Part shown: piece after piece, positions 40,020-53,968 of the stretch
How the letters are laid out: the number at the start of each line of letters is the position of its first letter
Numbering within the stretch: position 1 is the stretch's first letter
From: Bugula neritina
Taxonomy: Eukaryota; Animalia; Bryozoa
Reading direction: 5' to 3'
Length of the DNA: 64,000 bases
Assembly: GCA_964035545.1 (NCBI GenBank)
Contig: OZ037772.1
Location: 5,026,233 to 5,090,232, forward strand
Made by a program: the position numbers and the translations under genes
The notes under the pieces: model-generated
Database searches by the model: none
What the model saw: the letters and a program-made list of their open reading frames with translations, nothing else
Told to the model about the DNA's origin: nothing

Positions 40020-43000
40020 ATGAGACAAGGAGTTTACTTCACTCTGAAGAACAAGTTTAAATCAGATGGGAGGATTTTTGCTGCGTATGTGATGAGCTTT
40101 GCTGTCGCTCTTGTCGTGCTGTCGGTGTTAGCTACAGTGTTAGTGTGGCTGCATGTTTCCTCAAAGAACAGTAAGTCTGCACTTCTATGACAGAGTAAAA
40201 GTTACATGATTTAGATTTTAGAGGCTAATCAATTTAAAACTGTTCATTTTTTGACACAAGCAGCAATGCTGCTTGACAGCAAGCAGCTTTGTAAGTGTAC
40301 TCGCAGTTGTTGGGTTGATATGGGTTTACTATTATTGGGTTGTTATTTGTACTTTTTTTTGAAAAATATTATCACACTTTTATGCCTTTTTTGAAAAAGA
40401 TTTAAAAATACACTTTTACGTATGTTATTTCCAAAGAAACATAATATTGTTATCATTATTTAAATTTTTTTCAATACTACATAGTGCCATCATTTACATT
40501 AACTATGAACAGGGATAACTCATCAATTTTATAAATCACTGCCATTCCTTGATAAATAATATATGTAAAGGCTTTTCATCTAAAGATTTATAAGATATAC
40601 TACTAAACAAACGTCTATGCTGCAGATTTCTCAAAGAAATTACTGGAAAAGTGCAAGGCGGCTCCTCCCAATGTGCCGTGGGCTGAGGCTACTGTAGAAG
40701 GAAATGTGGCTATCTACAACTGTGTATATGGATACTGGATGAAAGAAGGTGTTCAAAACAACATAACCTGTGGAAAGGATGGTTGGCCTCCCCATAACAT
40801 CTCTAATTTGTGTGGTGAGCTTATATTATAAGCATGTCAGTTGAATTTGATTACCTATCAGTGAAAAAAACATTACTTAAGAAATATTGAAAGTGCAATT
40901 ATCAGCAGGGGAAGAAAACTTGTTATTAAAAAACCTTAGCATAATTGTATATGTTGAATAGGTAAACTTAATAGCCTATAATGACTTTTATGCAAAATTT
41001 CTTATTGGTAGAAACATTTGAAAAATAATTTGTCAGAAGATTCCTGAAGCATGCATATATTTAAGCATTTATATGCAAACTGTGCTTGCATCTAAAAGTG
41101 CCAGCAAGTTTACAGCATGTATATGCATGTATGTATAGCATGCCTATATGAGCTTGTATATACACATACATATAGTATTATAAGGTACACTATGTGACTA
41201 GATAGTAGAGCTATAAACAAACTTGAAATTCTGATCAACGGAAAAATTATTTCAATAGCCCTTTTCGTCAACCATTTCAATCAATACCATTAAAGTTTGC
41301 TTTTGTCTTGTAGCTAAATTTTAAGCTTTTAATATTGAAGTACAGAATATAACATTATAACTCACAATTAAATGTATAAAATAAACTTCAATCTCCTAGC
41401 AATGTAATCACATTTTGAACCATTCAATATTTTATATACACTTCTCTCAAGTATTAATTAAGCGAAGTTGCTTACAAGAGACATGATATTAAATAGTGTT
41501 GTATTGTTAAGGGTTTGTGTATATATCACCACCTTCTTAGTTTAGCTTGAGGTGAATTGATTGATGAAGGATTACATAACTAATTGTGGAAAGTGACAAG
41601 TTATTTCCTATAAAATCAATTATCAGCTTAATTTTTTTCTGGAATGTTTAGAATAAATATTCATGTCTCAACTATAATTTTAACTCAGCCTAAAGTATGA
41701 TTAATGAGAAGTCAAATTGATTTATTGCCTTATGAACTCATAATAATACAACATATGTTTGTAAATTAAAAATTTTGCTCTTTTATATCTTGATGTTTGT
41801 GAAGAGCATGTTTTCTTAGGCTGGCTTCTATAGCCTCCGCCAACCATATATTTTACTGAAGTTGCATTCTAATCAAATCTAAGTTTAAATAGGTTTCACT
41901 AGGAGATTTCAATATAGCAAGAGTTATACCAAATCTAACAAAACAGTTGAAACTTTTATTTTACAGTAAAACATTAGCATTCGAATGTTATTTTTGATAA
42001 AATTAACAAAACAAGTAGCATCTATATGTGTTCCTTTTTGACTATTATGCTGTCTCTCTTGCATATAAAGCAAAAGATAAAAGTGCTTTGATTGCTTTGG
42101 CTAACCTAAATTATTTTTTGTAGAATCATCACCATTTGCACTAGCTTTACCTGCCCTGGACAACTTGAGTGACCAGTCAGAGAATACAGGTACTTGCAGG
42201 TTATTGTATATATACATTGTGTCACTTTTCAGTGTCACTTTTCAGGGACATGCATGGGAATCAAACAACATAATTATCATATTGCATTCTAAATTACTGA
42301 TTTCCTGAGGTGCTTTATGTGAACCGTTGAAGAGTTATAAAAGCATAATAATCAAAAAATTAATTGTTTTTTATATTATTTATCTATATTAGCATATTAT
42401 AATACATATATAATCTCCTTTGAACAATAGAAATGGGTATTTATGCAAATTGTAGAAGAAAGTAAAGGGAGCAGCCATGGTCTAGGGGTTCAAACGTTTG
42501 CCTAGTAAATACGAAGGTTATGGGTTCGAACCCTGGCAAAGGCCATTGGTGATGTTAGATAGAGCATCCAGTCATAATTGCTTCTGTGCCTCATTTAAAT
42601 AAGTCCTTAGCCCGCTTTAACAAAAGCCCCTTCTATCAGGGGTTTCTCACAGGGATAGCGACTATACACTTGGGTGAGTGAGTAGAAGAAAATATTTTGA
42701 AAGAAAACTCGTCACGTCGTAGACAAAGTCTTTTCCCATTGTAATGTTCTAATAGCTTTTTTAGTTTTCAATTCCTTGCAACTGAACTGAACTTATTATA
42801 ATACTAAAACAATACCAGTATAGGCATGGAAACTTAATTTATGTAAATATCCCTAACTTCAGCTATGAAAATGAAGTTTATATGAAACCACAATCTATAT
42901 TTACATAGTTGGGCACAATGCCAAGTTTCTGACAGACCCAGTGCATCAACATCGGAAGTTTGCTTGAATTGACCTGCAAATAGATGTATTCACTATGCGA

Positions 43001-46000
43001 TGCAATTATCATATCACATATTGTTTGCGCAGTTTTAAGGCATCTGTCTTATATGATGCAACCATCGGATACACTAATGCCCTCATTCTCATCATTGTAA
43101 TATTAAAGGTGTTCTCCTATGGCCACCCTTTCTTATAATTATAGGCACTTAGAATGATTGTGATTTCACAGGGAAAAAATCGTAAAACCCTAGTGATTCA
43201 AACCAGATTGCATGTGACACTCGCCCAGTACAGCTACTTTTAAAATATTTCATAAAAAAACTCAGGCAGGTTTACAGTCGCTATCCTTGTGAGAAATCTC
43301 TGATGGAAGGCGTTTTTGTTAAAGCGGACTAAGGATTTGTTCATATGAGACACAGGAGCAATTATGACTATATGCTCTTTGTTGGGGTTTGAACCCACGA
43401 CTACTCCCTTTTTTAAAATACTTCATATTGTGGTAAAAATAGTTGAAGCAAACAAGAATTAGACAGCAAAAGACTATAGCTGTTTTGTTGAAATAGCAAA
43501 TAAATTATCATTAACACTTTGCAATGATTTAGTCCTGATGATGATTTATATTAGTAAAGTTCTGTAATTCCAACGATTGGAAAAAAGTGGTGTCAGGTGT
43601 AGCCTATAATGAGCTAATGCAAGTTTTGAAATTTCATTCACTGTTGATCCAGATATTGCATACAACTAATGCGACTACAAAGATAATACTGACCCTTTTG
43701 TGGAATTGAAATAGTATAAAAGACTATATATATATATAGTTTGAGTTTGTAAAAATACGACAATTTTATGCCAATTATCATAAGTAATTGTAACTACTGG
43801 GTTAAATACAGATGAGATATTAGTAAGCTGTCCTCCGTGAGTAAACCCTCTTTTTCAACAGTAATAAATCACTTTCTTGGTTAAATATATTATTACTCAG
43901 TGTCGCATATAACCGGCTCGACAGCATTTATTGTTTTGCCCTTTAATTGCACTAAATAGTAGGCTATTCAGCTGAAAAGCCTATTTTCTTTAATTTGATA
44001 ACATTTAACTCCATCAACGAATGGCACATAATCGTTTTTAATTGGTAATTTTTCTAAGAACTTAGTTTCACCAAGTTTAAGCACATATTTGCCTCCAAAA
44101 TGTTCAACTCAGTGTCTCTGGTAAATAAGTTATCCTTGCATGCTTTCACAGGGACATCAGTTCCAAGAGCTGTTTACAATAATTCTTTTAGCTACTTTTA
44201 GTTATTATTGCTCTAATCGGACTAAAAGCAGTGACTACACTTGCTATAATATAATATATCCATAATGATATAAATTTAGAAAACCGGCTCGAAATTATGT
44301 GGGTGCCTTCTTGTTTAAAATTAATAAACTTTCAGTAAACAGTCCAATGATATTGATTTATTATTACAACATAATAGCCTAATCAACAAAAAGTATGTAT
44401 TTATATATACAAGCTGTCATTTTGATGGCACCTGCTAATGCTAGTCAAAACATGATTTAAAGTTGTCACAAGTTCATGTCGGTTCATCAACTTTTAAATT
44501 CAAAATCAATGTCAAATAAAATAAAACTTCAGTGTGCTGAAGGATTTTATTAGTAAATGGTAGCATTTTATAGTTTAGCCAAATTTTTTCTTTTCACTAA
44601 TATATGAATTTCATACATTATAATTTATACCGTTGGTGTATTGTATGATATATAATGTTGCTCATACGCTTACTATAGTGTTTATATATCTAATGTTCAC
44701 CACTGTTGGTATATCTCATTTCCTTTGGATATATTTTAATATTATATCACAATATTAGTGCACTATTTTATATATACTGTGAAATCCTGCACCCATGTAG
44801 CTGTTAAGCTACCATATTACGTATGGTGTGATTATTAGACTATAATATTAATATAAAAGATTTGCTTTTGCATATAATTATGTTTCGTTAAAAGTTGCCT
44901 TGAATAGGCACATTTAAATTCTTTTTCCTGATTGGCTTATTTGGTTGTTTAGATTGTCACGATTAGTTGTTAATATAAATGACTAATTGATGTGGTTGAG
45001 ATTTTTTCACACTTGAACAATTTATAGTTTGCAGTAATTACCGATTGTATTGCTCTAGCTAGGAGCTTTCCAATGTTACAAGACGTTACAAGAGACCATT
45101 GTCTATAGTATTATACGAAACATATTCAAGCACTGATTCTTATCTGCCATTACAATGTTGCTTTATGTTATTTGATGGGTTTTATAGACAAATCGCTAGA
45201 AGCTTTATGACATAAAAGCAATTAAAATTTATCTATTGAATGAAGTTGATTGAGTATTCATGACATGTATAACAATTATCACGTACCTCATATCATCAAA
45301 ATGACTAGCTCAGTTATCACTAATAGCCAAAGTGACTATTATTCAACCAACTAGGTCACTGTCACAGTCAACTAACTATAATTGTATCAATTATAATTAG
45401 CCAGTTTAATGATGACTGCATGATAGTCAAACAACTAAATAATGTAACTAGCAGCTAGTCAACCTGCTCAGTGACTATAACAGTCAGTCATAGCTGATTA
45501 GTTACTATTACTTATCTATAATTACTTCACATGTGTTTCAGATTGCGGAGTTCCTTTAAATGGGATTAACACAATTTCAGTTGTGGTAGAGAACACCACC
45601 CATCTCAGCACCTACAACTATTCATGTTCTTCAGGCTACATAACCAGAGATTCACTTCAGGTTTCTTGCTTGAAGTCGGGTAACTGGTCATCACCTCCCC
45701 CTAAATGCGTTGGTGAGATGCTTAGAGTTATTGCTGCTTGTATTTGTTTATCTATTGTATTGTTATCACATGCTCATATGAAATTCATAATTTAGAGATC
45801 AACAGAAAATTTTGATTTATTTGATTGTGTTTTTAAAACTTGGGGTAGAGGGCAGATAATTGTATGAATCACAAATAAGCTATATTCTAGTCTCTGAACA
45901 ACAATTTATATAAACTTGCAGATGTTCCTTTTTATGAAAGTCTTTAGCTAACTAAAAGTTATGTCTAACATGTTTTTCTGAAGGTACATAGAGTAGAACG

Positions 46001-49000
46001 TTTTTAAAACGATTCAAGTTTCCTAATAATTTGTAAACTTGACGGAAAAAAAACTATTTTTCAAACTGAAAACAAGAAAAGTTTGTAAATAGTAGAATTG
46101 GAGCCAATTTACTGCAAAAATTGTTATACGGATAATCAACTTTCTGTCTGCACTGGCATACATGGTATATAACTCCAAAACTTATATGCTATTAGTTATT
46201 ATATCTAGTTATATATTGCTAATTCCTTTTAAATACTTGAATGTGAATTTATTTCAGGGGTTTTACTGCATTGTATACAACTGCAGCTAAATTTTAATGC
46301 ATCTTGCTACCAATAACTCAGCAGTTTCACTTCCTTGTTACTATATATAGTTCCACTTCCTGTCACTATATATAGCCGCGCTTTCTGTTATATATATTAT
46401 ATAGTTCCACTTCCTGTTACTATATATAGTTCCACTTCCTGTTACTATGTGTAGTTTTACTTCCTGTTACTATATATAGTTCCACTCCCTGTTACTATAT
46501 ATATAGTTCCACTTCCTGTTACTATATTTAGTTTCACTTTCTGTTACTGTATATAGTTCCATTTCCTGTTACTATATTTAATTTTATTTTCTGTTACTGT
46601 ATATAGTTCCACTTCCTGTTACTATATATATATAGTTCCACTTCCTGTTACTATATATATATAGTTCCACTTCCTGTTACTATATATAGTTCCACTTCCT
46701 GCTACTATATATAGTTCTACTTCCTGTTACTATATATAGTTCCACTTCCTGCTACTATATATAGTTCTACTTCCTGTTACTATATGTTGTTTAACTTCCT
46801 GTTACTATATTTAGTTCCACTTCCTGTTACTATATATAGTTCCACTTCCTGTTACTATATATAGTTCTACTTCCTGTTAATATTTATAGCCACAATTTCT
46901 GCTATTATATATAATTCTACTTCCTGTTAATATTTATAGCCACAATTTCTGCTACTATATATAGTTCCACTTCCTGTTACTATATATAGTGCCACTTCTT
47001 GTTACTATATATAGTTCTACTTTCATGTTACTATAAATAAATAGTTCTATTTCCTGTTACTATAAACTACATATATTTCTACTTCCTGTTACTATAAATA
47101 GTTTTGCTTCAAGTTACTATATATAGTTCCCTTTTCCTGCAGCACAAATACTTTTTTAAAAATAGAAGGCCCAAACTGGTTTTGATAGTTTATCCATTTA
47201 AACCGAATTATAGACAAGCCATATACGTATATTATATCATTTATGCAACAACTTCTTAGCATACCATCACTTTTCATCTTATAGTTAAATGTTCGACGAA
47301 AACTATGTATATAATATTACTCACACCATGTGTATATAATTATAGTTATTTAAATGCAAACCACCCATTACGTGGAATGTTTGAAATATTTAAAAGAGAA
47401 TTTGTGGCCTGAAATGTATCTAGCCTACGCTTTGCTCTGTAAGCTTTGCTCTAATCTACACAGCAGGGTACTTAATTAAGGATTAAAACCAATCTGTACA
47501 ACATTCTAGATAACTTTTTGGTGGGTTTTTTTTCAAAATACATGCAATAATAAGATTTCTATTTGATTGACCACCAATCATTTTGGTCTGATTTATTCTT
47601 ACTATGTTAAATCAATAGTTTGTGTAATTTTTACTTGTTTAATATATGGTTTAGTGTTTCCTACCAATAATATATGCATGTCACTCAATTGACAGCACAT
47701 TGAAACATAGTGTTGCAGTGAACTAAAGTGCACTAAGCAGGTTTACATCTTCAGGTCTAAAACTTACATAATTACAGATGAGACAATAACTTTTACCAAA
47801 TAGTCATACTGAATTTTCTTTATAATATCAACTATTCTGACTTTTTCATGAAAATAAAATCTTACAAAAGTTTCGAATTTGTTTGATTTTTTTGTAGCTG
47901 TAGAATGTGAAAAGCCACTCGAAGGAGTCAACACAGTACCCGTACCAGAAAACGTCACCACTACGTTTAGCTCTCTATTTATCTATCAATGCTTGGAAGG
48001 ATACACAACACAAGATCATTTGGGGACCACATGCAACTCTTCAGGGAATTGGACTAAACCCTCGCCCAAGTGTCATGGTACAATATTATTGTTTTATTTC
48101 AAATACATTTTAATTACCTAGGTGTTGTAGTGTTTGTGTTACAATCACCCACTTGCACAATTTGTTTGTTGTTTTGCCATTTATTTTCAACAACAGGATA
48201 TATTGCAACAAAAAGTAAAATTCCTTCATGTTTCTTCATAATAATGTATGAATGCACACCACATATATAACGATTCAGTGTCATAGAATAAAACAGTTAT
48301 GGTATAACAATTTTGCTGAATGTTGTAATAGTTGTAATTAACCTATGTGCATTGCATATAACAGAAATGACACACAATACAAAAGATAACCTGATATACA
48401 TGATAAATACTTTTGATTTCTTGTCAAGTTTATTTCTGTACATGCAAACATTTAGTATTCAGTATCTTTTCTGTGCTGATCATAAGCTTTGATTTCTTTT
48501 CTTCAAAGCCATTGATTGTGGGAGGCCATCTGATGGACTCAACACTGTCTCTGTTCCAACTATACTCACAACTACATTCAATTCCTCTTTCTCTTACCAA
48601 TGTTTGGAAGGATATTCAACCACAGACCAGCTAGAAGTTCATTGTCTTGCTACAGCAGTTTGGTGTCATGACCCTCCAAAATGTTATGGTAAAGATCCTT
48701 ATATACATTATTATATAGAAATATTGCTTTGTAATAAATTGGAATGTTGCCAACGAGGTATGGTGTAGTAATGGAAAAATTTAGAAAGGCCTGTGTTCTA
48801 GAATACAAATGTAGCAAAAGTAGTTATGTTCTCGCAATGATTTCAACCCAAGTCTCCAACCAAACTTTATAAAAACTTTACATGCAGAACATGGACTATC
48901 TCAATTTCTCCACTACTGCTCTTAAAAGTTTAAAATTTGTCACATTACTCAAGATGCGAGTAACTTAATGTCTGCTTATATCTAATCGACTTTGATTGGG

Positions 49001-52000
49001 TCTCTTCAATACACAGTTTTTCACAAAACAATATTTCATCTTTTCATCTAAGCTATTTTTTCTTTTAACTCATCAGATGCTTATTTTATTTCAGCTGTCA
49101 ACTGTGGAAAGCCGTTTGATGGAGAAAACACTGCTCCCATACCAGATGACATTGTAACAGTCTTTAACTCTTCCTTCACCTATAGTTGCCTAGAAGGATA
49201 TTCCACTACAGAAGATGTAGAAATGACTTGTAATTCTACAGGATTTTGGTCTGCACAACCTCCAAAGTGCCATGGTAAGATTTTGAGATATGCCGATCTC
49301 TAGCATTGCATCATTCCAAATAAACATAACTATATCTATGAATTATTTAAACTGTTGGTTAAACATTAAGCTGACTTTGGTTCTAGCTGCTTGTCTGCTT
49401 AGTAATAGCAGCGCACGTTAAAATACTTTTATTATGTGAATCTATAACTTTATTACAAACATTGGCAACTTGTCTAATACCAATTTTCCTATTGGCTAAC
49501 TAATTCTTTGTCTTAGTCTTCTTTTTACATCATTTTTGGTTGCCTATTATTTCAGCTGCGGACTGTACCCGGCCGCTTGAAGGAATCAACACAGAGACAT
49601 TACCAGAAAATATTACAACCACATCCAACTCATCCTTTACCTATCAGTGCTTGCAAGGCTATACAACCCAAGATGACTTGGAAGTCAGATGTAACTCTGA
49701 TGGGTCCTGGTCTAATAAACCACCTAAATGTGATGGTAAGTTACATCATTACAGAGCTGTGATAGAGTTAGATACCAAAGATGCTTGTCAAGTCTTTCAC
49801 TGTTATGGCACTTAAAATAAATTGATCTTGAGCTTTAAAGCATTAGAGGCGTGTAAAAAATTTGTAGGAATATTTAAACCTTACGCGATCAATGGACTAT
49901 ATATGTCCCTCAAAGCGACACTATCCACAGATCAATGGACCATATAAATTATGGTCTTTTAGGTAAATAAACAATAGCGCTTACTTTAAACTTCCAGTTT
50001 TCAACCGAACAGCCTAAAAGTTTCTGTAATTGATGTTGATAGTGCAGCTTGGTAATTTTGGGATAATTATAGCCATTAAATTTGATTAAATTAATAGCTA
50101 CCAAGCCAGCTAGTTGCTTTTTAATTTAATCCCTAAATTTCAAAATTATCGGTACCTAAGTTTTAACGCTACTTTCAAATGCAAGAAACTGCTGTCAAAT
50201 TATAGAGAGCCAGTTTATTTTATTCAGATTACATTTAGAAGAACATCTAAATAAACCGAAATGTTAAAGTCACTATATTTTGAATCATATTATAAATTAA
50301 TTTTATCATTTTGAGTTTTCAATTTTAAAATGGCGGTTTTGAGAGGTCAAATTAAAATGACCCATTTTAGCTAGAATTAAGGTCTCCCGTCACTTTAAGA
50401 AGCTTTTTATAATAGAAAATACTCTTAAAATTATAATACCCAGTTTATTTAAGGCCAAAATCAAGTGTAACTTTTTAATAATGAAATTGAAAGTTATGCA
50501 AAATTTGTTGGCAAATTTCGCGATAAACTCAAACGAGGCATAAAATTACGTAACTTCAAAGTTGATCGCCAAAGGGTTAAGTTTAGTTTTTATAACAACG
50601 AACACAAAATATGCATGCATGCATGCATATTTCATTAAAAATACAAGCTTTGCTCATATTATCTCCATTTGTAAATTATGAAATTTTGACCAAATATGGT
50701 TTATTTTGTGTCTGTAGTAAAGTGTGTAAGGTGAGGTTAACAAGAGTCATCATTTTTCTAGTCATGAAGAGTCTGATATTATCACATAAAGCAAAATTTC
50801 TTAGCTCCATTTTTCAGATTAAACATTGAACTGACAATTGCCAAGAAAAATCATTTTAAAAAATAATAGTTATAGCTGCATCACTGTGTTTCAGTCATAG
50901 GTTGTGGCTTGCCTCCCAACGGTATAAACACAATTGCTGTGTCCCAGAATACCTCAACAACATTTGGCAGTCTGTACAACTACATGTGCAGAGATGGCTT
51001 CTCATCCAGCTCAAAATCAAGGTCTACAGAGTGTCTGGCGAATGGTACCTGGTCAATGCCACCACCGATATGTATAGGTAAATTGCATGCCTCCTTTCAG
51101 GTATCATGCAGTTAGGCATAGCTTGAAGTATTTTTGTCAATTATATCCAGAAATAATCTACATAATATTTAGTAAAGCTCAAGGCATTTCAACTTTACAT
51201 TGAGCAAAAGTTTTGATATGTCCATTGTTTGAGCAAACATTTCAAATGTTTAGGCAATAACTGCCTGAAGCATTCAACTTTTTAAACAGTTGGAATTAAA
51301 AAACATAGTTTTTAATCAAAACTGACAGTACTTGTCAAACGACTGAGCAAGTGATCTTCTAACATTCTTAGTGACTTATAGAGATGCAGTATTGCAGAAG
51401 TAAATGCAACTAATTTAGTTTTGTCACAGCCATGTTCAACTTGTGCAGCAAAGTTGCTGAATGCATCTATTAATCTATAAATTTTATATGCGCCTTCCTT
51501 TGAAGTATACAATGGGCAAACATCTTTAACATTTATTGAAGGATAATTATGTTATCTATAGCTACTCATTCTTTGTTAAAAACCATCTGCATAGTTTATG
51601 TTTTTATGATATATAGCTGTTAGATGTGGTCTACCTCCAAATGGAGCAAATGTAGTGCCAGTTGAAGATGGAGTGAACACCTCATTTACTAGCACCTACA
51701 CATACAAATGTAAGGAAGGGTATATAAACACTACTGAACTAACAACAAAATGTTTCCCTAATGGAACTTGGTCTAATCTAAAGCCAAAGTGTAAAGGTTG
51801 GTTTCCTCAAGATGATCTAAGTTATTTTTTATTAAAAAACATTTAGGTCACTTGAATATCTTTGTTTGAAAAATGCTTTATTCGAATAAATTAGTTGTAG
51901 ATTAAAATATTAATATTAAGATATATGTCAAGGTTTGTTAAGCTTAAACACTCATATTAAGTTATATGTGAACTTGAAATGCAAATGTTGCTGTTTAACA

Positions 52001-52785
52001 TACTGGGACAACGTTAATACTTCTTCCAAAACGTGATATTGATACCTGTTTCAATAACAAAACAACTTTCCTAAAAGTATTACAATACATTAGTTCTAGA
52101 ATTGAAAACATTGCTTTGGTTGTAACTTGTGCTTTAGATAGATAATTAAAATGCTATATTATAGCTTATAGATGAGATCTTATAGAATCATAGTTATAAT
52201 GTAATTAATTTATTATAATCTACAGGTTAGACTATGATAGCATCACTGCAATACTGTGATCAGAGTGCAGGCAATGGCATTTATTTTTAATTTCTATAAT
52301 AACATCTACAATCTATAGATGAAACTTTAACATAATTTTTCAATTTAAATTTAAGCATTTTACCCTTCCTTTGCATTAAAAAGTAAGAACGTGCATGTTT
52401 TCAGAGTCGTCTGAAAAGGTAACTTTCTATTGTATTTAGCATTACCTCAGTTACATATAATATAATAAGCTATAATATTTTGTTTCACACCTATAATACC
52501 AATTGACTAATAAGTTATAGACTTTATTAATTATAAGGTGTGGGATAATATTTCAGCTGTTGAATGCCAACTGCCTGCTGATGGGATTGAGACAGATAAA
52601 GTTCCAGAAACTATCGACACCACCTTCTCTGGTGCCTACACTTACCAATGTAAACCTGGTTATGGATCGTGTGATTTTATGACCACTCAATTTACTGCAA
52701 ATGGCACATGGTCTTTACCTCTCCCACAATGCAAGAGTAAGTTTATTCTGTGCTTATTATAACCATTATACACAAAATATATATG

Positions 52786-52860
<75 letters not shown>

Positions 52861-52934
52861 AAGTGTGTGTGTGTGTGCAAGTGTATGCGAGTGTGTGCAA
52901 GTGTGCGAGTGTATGCGAGTGTGTTCAGGTGTAG

Positions 52935-52998
<64 letters not shown>

Positions 52999-53914
52999 AT
53001 GTGTGTGTGTTTGTGTGCAAGTGTGTGCAAGTGTATGCAAGTGTGTGCAAGTGTATGCGAGTGTGTGCAAGTACATACGAGTGTGTGCAAGTGTGCGAGT
53101 GTATGCGAGTGTGTGCAAGTTTATGCGAGTGTGTGCAAATGTATGCGAGTGTATGCGAGTGTGTGCAAGTGTATGCAAGTGTGTGCAAGTGTGCGAGTGT
53201 ATGCGAGTGTGTTCAGGTGTAGGCAAGTGTGTGTGTGTATGTGTGTGCATGTGTGTGTGCATGTGTGTGTGCTTGTGTGTGTGTTTGTGTGCAAGTGTGT
53301 GCAAGTGTGTGCAAGTGTGTGCAAGTGTATACGAGTGTGTGCAAGTGTATGCGAGTGTGTGCAAGTGTATGCGAGTGTATGCGAGTGTATGCGAGTGTGT
53401 TCAGGTGTAGGCAAGTGTGTGTGTGTGTATGTGTGTGCATGTGTGTGTGTGTATGTGTGTGTTCATGTGTGTGTGTTTGTGTGTGTGCAAATGTATGCGA
53501 GTGTATGCGAGTGTGTGCAAGTGTATGCAAGTGTGTGCAAGTGTGCGAGTGTATGCGAGTGTGTTCAGGTGTAGGCAAGTGTGTGTGTGTGTATGTGTGT
53601 GCATGTGTGTGTGTATGTGTGTGTTCATGTGTGTGTGTTTGTGTGTGTGCATGTGTGTGTGTTTGTGTGCAAGTGTGTGCAAGTGTGTGCAAGTGTATGC
53701 GAGTGTGTGCGAGTGTATGCGAGTGTGTTCAGGTGTAGGCAAGTGTGTGTGTGTATGTGTGTGCATGTGTGTGTGCATGTGTGTGTGCTTGTGTGTGTGT
53801 TTGTGTGCAAGTGTGTGCAAGTGTGTGCAAGTGTATGCGAGTGTGTGCAAGTGTATGCGAGTGTGTGCAAGTGTATGCGAGTGTATGCGAGTGTGTTCAG
53901 GTGTAGGCAAGTGT

Positions 53915-53968
<54 letters not shown>

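Noticed and set aside
42467-42545. tRNA gene
   Set aside because: No good cloverleaf; head of a dispersed SINE with four copies in the window
46322-47135. CRISPR-like array
   Set aside because: No unique spacers, eukaryotic context, no cas genes
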